64,000 nucleotides of DNA from contig OX597817.1 of the NCBI GenBank assembly GCA_951406725.2, positions 67,394,001-67,458,000 of the forward strand, given 5' to 3'. The notes under the pieces are model-generated. The model made no database searches and was not told the DNA's origin. It saw nothing but the letters and a program-made list of their open reading frames with translations. Shown here one piece after another: positions 54,170 to 64,000 of the stretch. This stretch comes from Octopus vulgaris. Taxonomy: Eukaryota. The translations under genes and the position numbers were made by a program. How positions within the stretch are numbered: position 1 is the stretch's first letter; each line of letters begins with the position of its first letter.

Positions 54170-54985
54170 CAGGCATACCTCGATTTAGTTGTTTCAATTT
54201 AAGCCGTTCTCAATTTACGTCGGTTTTCAAAAATAATATATGGAAAAATAAAAATCAAGTTAAGTCATTTTACTCGACTTTACGTTTGTCCACCACAAAT
54301 ATTAGAATCGTAAAATCAGTAGAAAACCGCTAAAAGCACCTAAAATCATGTTACTGTACAATAAATAAGAACAAAAGCATATAAAATCATATTAAAATAC
54401 GCACAGTAAATGTTAAGATACACACCGTAAAGTAAATCATCTGTGTTGTCTTAGTTATCGGTCTTCCGGAGCTCATATTGCACTGTAGTTCCAATATCTA
54501 TCGTTAGGTGTCGTTGGCACTCGTGATTCCCGCGATCGTTTTAAGTTCAGATTTGTTTACGTCTATTTATCGGCTACTTTCTCATTCTCGTTTATTTGTG
54601 ACTTTATTTTTCGTCCCCCGTGGCTCCTAAGAAATGCTATAACGCTGGAAGATAAACTGGCTATGATAAAACGCCATGAAAAAGGCGAAGTAGTGGTAGC
54701 AACTGCACGATCTTTTGGGTTGAGTCGGATAACTGTATCAACATAATAAGGACAAGATTTTAGCATATATCGAATCTGAAGCCCTAGGGATGAAGAACAC
54801 TGTCATCAATAAGAAAAGAGGTAAAATCTTTAAAGAAAAGGGAATGGTTATTATCGGTTTAACCTAGAGACAAGTACATTCGGCCTAGCCCAGCCTAGAG
54901 ACAAGACAAGGTAATTCGACTGAAGTAATTTTTCGACTTAAGTTGTGTCTACTGGAACCATTTAATGACGTTGGGTGAGGTATGC

Positions 54986-54988
<3 letters not shown>
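54170..54988 (+). mobile_element. Internally deleted Tigger/pogo transposon with an HTH remnant
   Basis: TIRs caggcatacctc / gaggtatgcctg; ~54625-54860 encodes RNAITLEDKLAMIKRHEKGEVVVATARSFGLSRITVST (CENP-B/psq-type HTH) with stops. Confidence 0.85.
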
Positions 54989-55038
<50 letters not shown>

Positions 55039-55127
55039 TAATCCAAACGGGAAAACAGAAAAAACAACAACACGTGGAACAATTAAAGTATTATTATTAG
55101 GCGCTCAGGAAAGAGGGAAGAAGGAGG

Positions 55128-55162
55128 GTATGACGTTTCGAGCGGAGCTCTTCGTCGGAAAC
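55128..55162 (-). ncRNA. Minimal type-I hammerhead (CCGACGA core) in a Penelope-like pLTR fragment
   Basis: Minus strand GTTT-CCGACGA-A-GAGC-TCC-GCTC-GAAA-CG-TC-ATAC; element (~55035-55305) flanked by (TA)n. Confidence 0.7.
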
Positions 55163-55302
55163 ATAAGAGAAGGAAGAAACAAAGATCCCGAGGTGGGCGA
55201 ACGGAGGGAAAAAAACGCGACTGGTTTTTACGAAGTAAACATGCTGAAAGGCCGGAAGTTTTGGATAACGGGGGCTAGTTTTTAAAGACAAAAGAGCGGA
55301 GA

Positions 55303-55360
<58 letters not shown>

Positions 55361-56394
55361 GTGCGTATATATTTGTGTGTATGTGCGTGTGTGTCAGTGT
55401 ATATGTGTGAGGGAGAGAGAGAGAAATCGTTTGTTGGATTCTTAGCCAGGAATCGAAACCTTAGCTTAGATTTTTCTTTCCACTGTTCTCAGCAATTAAC
55501 ATGAGTACACTTATCACACCTGTTTTTGTTCCCCTGTTTGAGTTAACATTCTTATGTCAAAAGCAGATTAACATAGATAAGATAATTTACTTTTCATTGT
55601 TCTCCGGCATATATTCAGCTTTCCCATAGGTATAAATACGAACCCTCACAGATTATTAGGGGGTCAGTCGTATTTGATTCCACATGCAATATTGTCGTTC
55701 GTTTCTAGCAAGCTGTTCTTCTTAACAAACATAGTACCAAGAGTGGGCGAGCTTTATCATTGTCATTCTCCCTTTACCACTGTTAAATAGCCTATTACTT
55801 AGACAGCCTAAATTTGTTTAGTTAGCCTATGGAGAGTTCAGAAGAAAATAAAAGTTGTAAGCAATATCTTTATTCACTTCATGTCGATTATTAGGGTGCA
55901 CTGAGTTTGAACAATCTAACAGTAACATTACTTGTTACAGATATATTTATATATATATATAGGAGCAAAACGGTGCTGAGTTGTCAAACATTTAAACCAA
56001 ATTTTCTCAAAACAACCTGTCCGACCGTCCCATAGGCCTCCCCTTGAGAAACACTAATTTAACCTAAATTTGAGACACCAGCAAAAGAAGAAATAACGAT
56101 AGACTTTTTTTCTATTCCAAAGAAAGTCGATTTTATTCACACAATTATGCAACCGACGAGTTTAAAGTACCAGTAATGATAAGGCTGTTGACTGGGAGAG
56201 CACAAACATGGTTTAAACAGTAAGCTTGGCAGGAAAGAAACGTGCCTTTAAGCAGTACAAGAACAACAAAAAATGGAAGTTGCAGTTATGTACAGGTTGA
56301 CGGAAGAAAAGCAGGACAAAAACTATGCATGCAAATGGGTTAGCTGGAGGTAAATCTAGATGGAAGGATTATATATATTTATATATATATTTGC

Positions 56395-56588
56395 GCATAC
56401 AAATGCACGTTCCCACGGCTTTATCAATCGCATTCTCACCGAGAATTGATTTTTGCAATTTTTTCAAGACTTATACATACCCTGATACCATCGGTATCTA
56501 CATATCAAATTTGAGCGCAATCGGATGGAGGATGCCCGAGATCCTAGAAGACACACACACACAGACAGAACGGATTTTATATAATAGA
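56395..56588 (-). mobile_element. Helitron 5' portion
   Basis: Minus strand A|TCTATTATATAAAATCCGTTCTGTCTGTGTG, a Lep1-like start; 3' CTAG end not located. Confidence 0.6.
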
Positions 56589-56600
56589 TGTATAAATGTT

Positions 56601-56637
<37 letters not shown>

Positions 56638-56717
56638 CTATATATAATAGATAATATATTTATGTAATATATATAGTATTTATATTTAGATATATGCAAC
56701 AGTATATATGACTGGAT

Positions 56718-57017
56718 TTGTTGTTGTTGTTGTTTGTTCCTTCTCGAGTTATGCCTGGTTCATAAAGGCCTGTTTCCCGGTTTCATTGGCGAACAGGTTC
56801 TCCATCTGGACGGGACGCCGATCCGTCACAGGTGAGCGGCTAGATGCAGGAGGAAAGAGTGAGAGAAAGTTGTGGCGAAAGAGTCAGCGGAAGTTCGCCA
56901 TTACCTTTTGTCAGAGCCGTAGAGCTTAGGTATTTCGCTCATAAGCACTCACATCGCCCGGTCTGTGATTCGAACCCGCGAGCCCGGTGCTCTAACCACT
57001 AGGCCATGTGCCTCCAC
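56718..57017 (-). mobile_element. SINE group C (body C1 + T1-like tail)
   Basis: Minus strand GGAGGCACATGGCCTAGTGGTTAG..GGTTCGAATC..ACTTTCTCTCACTCTTTCC..GGCGTCCCGTCCAG..(CAA)n. Confidence 0.8.
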
Positions 57018-57093
57018 TGTGACTGGATTTGGTTGACAGAAACTAATAGAAACCAGTCATGTACAAATATGTGTGTGTGTGTGTGTATGTATG

Positions 57094-57167
<74 letters not shown>

Positions 57168-57414
57168 AGCTTGTGTTTGTTCACCGCTCGACAACCTTGG
57201 TGCGTTTACGTCCCCGCACACGCTTTCAGAAGTATATAAGTTCTGAGTTCGATTTATTCAACTAAAAATACTGCAAGACTGTAGTCCAATGGTGGAAATA
57301 AGTATTAAGACAAAAGATAAAGGATATGTGTGTGTGTGTGTGTGTGCGCGCGCAAAGGGCGTATGCTTGGCTCTGTGTGTAACGGCAAGTGTACGTGTGT
57401 GTGTTTTCTTTTAT

Positions 57415-57825
57415 CGGACCGTTCTGCCAAGGAAACACACATTTATTTCTACTATTTTATTAGCAGTTAATTTATCAGCGAATTAGTTAACTAATCAGTA
57501 AATTAATAGACTAATTAATTTGTGTAAAGTTCTGCTTCACACTCCGTAACCTTATCAATGTTGCTAGTATGCATTCACTTCGTAAACACTAATTATTTTC
57601 TTTTTCGGACTTTAATAATTGCATATTAAGAAGCTGACATGGAGTACTTGAGTGAGTGCATACAAAGTAAATTCACACAGAACTAGCTGTAAGATATTGA
57701 TGTATGTTACAGAGTGCGACAAAAAGAACCTTGACAATTTAATCAATTCAGCAGTTAATTAACTTAGTAGTTAATTAATAATAAAACGGAAGTGAACTGT
57801 GTGTGTTTTATTGCTAGAATGACCC
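57415..57825. mobile_element. Old foldback-type MITE with long imperfect inverted arms
   Basis: ggaccgttctgccaa / ttgctagaatgaccc; cactccgtaac / gttacagagtg; gtatgcattcact / agtgagtgcatac. Confidence 0.55.
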
Positions 57826-58390
57826 TCCCTAAGTAGTACAACTATATATGTTTCAATTCGCGGTTTAGTCTTTTATGTTTACTCTTTTACTTGTTTCAGT
57901 CATTGGACTGCTGCCATACTGGGGCATCACTTGGAAGAGGTTTCAGTCGAACAAGACAACCCTAATACTTGTGATGTTTTTAAAGTATGGCATTTATTCT
58001 TTCTCCCTTTTGCCGAAGCGCTAAATTACTGGGACGTAAACAAACCGACTCTGGTTAAAATGCGGTGGGAATAGTGATGACACATGCATGTAGACACACA
58101 CACACGCATACAAACACACACACATACATAGTCACACACAAACACACACACAGAGTATATCTTATGAGTACAGTTAAATGTACGACTGGGGCTATTGAGA
58201 TTAGAGTTCTTCGTAAATTATCATCATCCAGTCTACTTCCAGTGCAGTAGTTTTGGTTAGGATTTTATTTAGTAATATTACTGCTTATGATATACAGAGC
58301 AAATGAACATCAGAACGTCCATGCCGAGTTTCCAAACAATCACAGTTGTGAAACGTACTTTCTCTCTCTCTTCTTCTCTCTCTCTCTTCT

Positions 58391-58427
<37 letters not shown>

Positions 58428-58548
58428 ACACATACACACACACACACACATACATATATATGATTCAAATGTATAGAAAACAAAAGACAAAGCAAGCAAG
58501 GAAACATCAAACTGGTGTATTAGTTTGACGCTCGGGAAGAATAGAAAA

Positions 58549-58587
58549 GTCTTTGACGTTTCGAGCCTACGTTCTTCAGCAGAAAAC
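58549..58587 (-). ncRNA. Degenerate minimal hammerhead, same repeat family as 55128
   Basis: Minus strand GTTTT-CTGCTGA-A-GAAC-GTAG-GCTC-GAAA-CG-TC-AAAGAC; flanks resemble 55100-55175. Confidence 0.55.
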
Positions 58588-58738
58588 GATAAAAGGAAAT
58601 AAATGGAGAGAGAGTGAGAAATAAAGCGGGGGGAGAAAATGTGTCGGGATTAACGATGTATGTATGTATGTATGTATGTATGTATGTATGTATGTATGTA
58701 TGTATGTGTATTTTTATGTATGTATGTATATTGATGAC

Positions 58739-59095
58739 GTCATAAGAATTTATAAATTTTGAGAGAACGTGAAAAATTCTTTTGTGGAAATGATGAATCT
58801 GAAAGCATATAAACCTATAATCTATAGCATGTAAAAATTGAATTAAAACCCTTTCGGACAATAAATGGAAGGCTGCTCGTCAGACTCGAATCCACATCTA
58901 CTGTAAACATGACAGGCGTTTTTCTATTGGACCAAAACATTCCCTCGAATTTCTGTATTCCATTTTGTAAACTCTCTTCTTACCGGCGAGAATTGCTGGT
59001 GTCGTAAGAATTTACAGATTTCGAGGGAATGCGAAATAATTATTTTCTTGGAACAGTGGATCTCGAAGCTATAAATAATTTCGTGTAAATATTGA
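58739..59095. repeat. Structured dispersed repeat, ~262-bp unit plus partial second copy; homolog at 20770-21000
   Basis: gtcataagaatttataaattttgagagaacgtgaaa (58739) ~ gtcgtaagaatttacagatttcgagggaatgcgaaa (59001) ~ 20770. Confidence 0.65.
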
Positions 59096-62000
59096 GTCGA
59101 AAAAGCCTTTTGGATGAAAAAAGCCGAAGGTGTACTGATCCTGAGAAAGGAACGAATTGTTCAAAGTTTGACCATTTCGACCATCCCATCTCTTTCCCCA
59201 GTTGTGCAGACCCAGGTCCGCCTGATCAGAGATTCCCTGGGACTACGCAACACTGTCGAACGACTGTGTCACGACATGGTATGTATTTACATGGAGATTG
59301 ACAATTTGGCATGTTATTACAGTACAGCACTGATTTCGTACGAACCATCGATTTTTCAATATGAAGACTAAAATTCTATTGATTCTGTCAGTATAAGAGA
59401 CATAGCGTCGACTATGAAAGTTCATGTCAAACGCTTCAACGGTCCAATATGATACATGACAACTTATGTACATCGTTTCTCAGAATTCGTAAAATAGACA
59501 TATGTGTGTATCAAAATTCACTTACAGAACTTCGGTCATCAGTCTACTTAATCAGGCTTGTGAGATGATCATCGTCAGAGAACACTTGTACTAAAATGTC
59601 TGATCGATCTAACCCAACTTGGGACTAGACAACAATAACAACTGCATCGACACTTCTATTGGTTTAATGACTTTTCTTTATTCCTGTCTCTTATACACTT
59701 GAATTTTTAATGATTTACTAGTCTTCTATTAGTAATTATGTCTGCGCGCGTGTACTTTTGTTTGTACGTGATCTCGCGTGCACAAAGGTTTATAATCCTT
59801 ACTTTGAATCGCGATGTCTCTAGTATTCAATACTTTCATTGTAAATGTTGACTGTATGAATGTGCGCGCGTTGTGTACATACGTGTGTGTGTTTGTGTGT
59901 GTGTGTGTGTGTGTGTATGTGTGTATGTGTGTGTGCGTGTGTGTGTTTGTGGTGTGTGTTTGCGTGTGTGTATGTGTAGTTATTGATGTAGATGTTATGA
60001 ACTTATGCTAGTAATATCAAATATCAAATACGTTTTGCATACAAGTTTATATTCATAATTTCCCATGTCGTGTATGTGCATTCGCATGCAAAACAATGCA
60101 CGTATATGTATTGTGCAATCGTGTGTTTGCTCTTTTGAATTTTCTCTTTTGACTCTTCTATGTTCACTGGCAGGCAAAATGTGAACACTCAACCGAATCA
60201 TTTTCAAGAGTAATTTATTTTTTCGTTTATTTTTTAATACAACAAAATGGCTGTTCTAGTTATCAGATATGTCATGAAGTAAAGCTGCGTAAGTAATGAT
60301 GTTTTCTCAGGGAATAAGTTATGCTTGCTGTTTTCTCTGCAAAAGGTTACATATTTCTATTCGTTTAGAGAGAGAAAAAAACGTGACTATGGCTGAATAA
60401 GATAAAAAGGCTAAACTATGTCGAAACTGAACATAAACAGTTACTGATTTGACCAATCAAAGAAGATCTGCCGAGGTCATAAATATCGTCTCTCTTTCAG
60501 ACTTCAACATAAAATAGGATGCATTGTGAAGTGTGTCGAGAAGTTCATTTTAAAAAAACTGGTAAAAATGTCATGTGACAACACGATTTCTGATTTTGGC
60601 TATAAGACCAACAATTTTTGAGGAGAGAGCATTAGTCGACACCACGGATCCCAGTACTTAAATAATACTTTATTTTATCGATCCCGAAAAATAAAGTTGT
60701 CCTTCGCAGAATTTGAACTCAAAATATAAAGAGGTGGGACGAATACGGTAAAGCATTGTTTTCCCAACGCTCTAACTGTTCTGCCAACTCACAACCTTGT
60801 TACGTTCGTAATACAAAGTTTCTCACATAAGCACAAGTCAGCTTTTATCAATGAAAGCGTATATTTTCTAAAATCGACCACATTGAATGACTGATGCTTA
60901 TTTATCGATCTCAGATTTGGCCGAAGAAGAATCTGATATCAGAAAACTCAAAGATACAATAAAATGCTATAAATCAGTTACCTTCTCGACACCCCATTAC
61001 AGCATTTATTTGTTTCTCACGTTGGTACAAGCTTCAAATGATAGGATGAGTAGATGGTCGATTGAATCGAACAAGGTTATAACTAGGTCTTATTTCTTCC
61101 CATGAATTAGTGCTTTTGGTATGGAACCTTATTCCAAATTGAATACAAATTGCTCTACAAATCTTTTCAGAGGCTAGTCCTTGTGACCACATTCTCTTCA
61201 AAAGATTTTCAGTTCTCAAGTCAATTCGAGTAGAAATTATTCTGTTCATGTTGCAATATTTAAATTCTTTTGGAGTAAACACAACATTGAGAAAATCACA
61301 ACAGCTGCTACGAATTTTACTCACAACCAGAGAAATTGAATGCGAAGTTTGTATTTGAAACAATGTCGTCTTGAGGCATGGTTACATTGGGTACTTGTCC
61401 GGGACCTCACAGGCCCAGGGACCCAATCCTGGTCTATGTATGCTATGAGTTGCTGTCAATAAATAAATATTATGGGGCCTACAATGCTGCTAAAACAATC
61501 TTGATTTGAAGTAAATACATAAACAGACACAACAAAACACAAAGAATTTTTCTCAGTGTTCTATAGTTTCTGTTCTATCCAATTCTTTTGTAATCACTAA
61601 CAACAGAACAAATGAGGTGGAGCATCTATGTTAGAGATAGCACCCAGCTCTCACTTAACTGTTATAATTAAAGCACAAGACCAGTAATTTTACTGTAGTC
61701 TGCTACTTCGTTTTATCGATGCTGATGAACTGAAAACTAAAGTTGACCATAACAGGATTTGAATTCAGAACTAAAGAGCTGAAACAAACGCGGCAAAGCA
61801 TTTGTCAGATGCTCTAAGTATTCTACAAATCCACTGACCTGCTGCAATACAAATTATGCCTCATAAAAAGATTGCACAACTTGTCGTTCCATCTGTAAAA
61901 TAAGGAAGATAGTACAATATATTGAAACGGGTTAAATATTTTTCTAAAAATCTAAATAATTCAAAAATAAAGCAACTTTTTCCAGAAGGAGTGAAAAGCC

Positions 62001-63482
62001 ATCACATAGATAAAATAAAGGTGCCCCACAATTTCTACCATCTTCAGCTTCGATCATCTCCTGCAAACTGGGTCCTAAGAATGTATTCGTGAGCACCTTT
62101 AGCCTTAAGTGATCCACAAAGATGGTAGTACCCTTGGGTAATTCAAATGTAGCCCTCGATAGGCTATTGGAGTATTCTTCACCAAGTGTGATTAAGAAAC
62201 TTGCTTCCCAACCACGTTTCATGGGTTCAGTCCTACTGCGCATGTAAAGTGTTTAATGAACTGTAGCCTCCTGCCAAAATTCGATATTCTTGTATCTTTT
62301 AGGAATTATTATTTATGTACGTGAAGAGTAGTAAATTTGAAGAATCGGGAGTACCGGATAAAATGATTTACGGACTTAGTCACACCACTTTATATAAGGA
62401 GTTCAAATCATCCCCAGGTTTAGTTGTTTTTTTTTTATCTATGTAGAGTCGATAAAATGACGTACCACTCAACACCAGCATCGACTTAATATACAAAAAC
62501 CGAACGTATATTGTATATTCCAAGTTGCTGGTCACAGTTTTCACTGAAATAGGTGAAATTTTACCGAGAGGCCCATATTTTCAATGGAAATATCATAAAG
62601 TAAGTGATTTTTATAATATTTTCTTTAAATTCTGGCAAGACCAGGTACTTCTGTTAATATTCCTATAAAACATCAAAGATGTCAATGGAATTATGATAGA
62701 AGATAAGAAGATCTCACTTGATAACTGATATTTAACTCGGTTCAAATGCTCTGGCATATGTTTGTTAATGATATACAGCTGAAGTAACATATTTAAAAAG
62801 ATCTTCAGTTAGGTGCCTCAACCATTATGGTTTCAGCTGGAACATGGCACTTGTCACAGGATCCTGACGAATATTCTCACCTAGCGGGGATTTCGCTTAA
62901 AATGGAAAATGTGTGCGTGTAGATATGTGTATATGTATATATAATGTATATATGTAAGTATACATGTATGTACAGAGGGAGAGAAAGCGCGGGGTCAGAA
63001 AAACATTTTGACAGGAAATGTTAAAACAGCAACGCCATCTTACTGAAAGGTTAAGGATTAATATTTCTGTTTTTAAGAATGTCCCAGTTGTGTATAGTCC
63101 CTACCAATCCCCAACTTGCCTAATTTTTTTTTTCTTTTCTTGAACACAGATTTGAAGAATAAGTTCAGAAGCTACTTATGTTTATAATTCCATTTTCAAC
63201 AACAACGGAAGTTGTGTGTGTGTGGTGGGGTCGTGAGTATGTGAGTGTAGTCATAAAGATATTTGTATGAATAAGTATATACGTACACGCATACAAACAG
63301 CTATAAAGGTACACAAAAGGACAGTTATATATATATATGATGACAACCATGTGTGTGTGTGTTGAGTGTTTGTATGTGTATGTAATAAGAATAAACGGTA
63401 AACCGACAGAGACAAACAAACGAAAGACTTGCATAAACTAAGAGAGAGACAGTCATAGTGATAAAAAGACAGGTAGAAAGAC

Positions 63483-63865
<383 letters not shown>

Positions 63866-64000
63866 TGTGAGAGAGAGAGAGAGAGAGAGAGATACTCTAT
63901 GAAGAAAGAAAAAGGAAAAGAAAAAAAGAGAATGTATAAGGCAAGAATTAAAGAAAGGAAAAGTGGAAAAAGAAATAATAGGCTACTTTTCCCAAAGGTC

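Noticed and set aside
61034-62243. 109-aa and 99-aa minus-strand ORFs
   Set aside because: No recognisable homology; one starts inside a SINE head; length compatible with chance

Overview
AT-rich eukaryotic DNA saturated with microsatellites and transposable elements, with no recognisable host protein-coding exon. The repeat landscape suggests an octopus or related cephalopod genome (inference from SINE types and microsatellite density). Most long ORFs in the track are microsatellite artefacts. The window holds >30 copies of three tRNA-head SINE groups (several with clear TSDs), decayed LINE fragments (RTE with a 5' inversion, CR1/Jockey-like, L1/Tx1-like), DNA-transposon relics (Tigger/pogo, Chapaev3-like, piggyBac-, Merlin- and hAT-type MITEs, Helitrons), and at least seven type-I hammerhead ribozyme (HHR) motifs or remnants. 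The main candidate system is a non-coding, highly structured 360-nt unit at 21993-22483. It has a full type-I HHR with a CCGAUGA (U4C) core and a perfect 131-bp terminal redundancy, and it sits in (TA)n, which fits a retrozyme or circular-RNA-derived retroelement. Three diverged relatives (31.7, 45.3 and 52.1 kb) show compensatory base-pair changes in a second conserved RNA domain, share a 3' end, and in one case carry a Penelope-style inversion. All alignments and folds were done by eye, and repeat boundaries are approximate unless a TSD or TIR is given.
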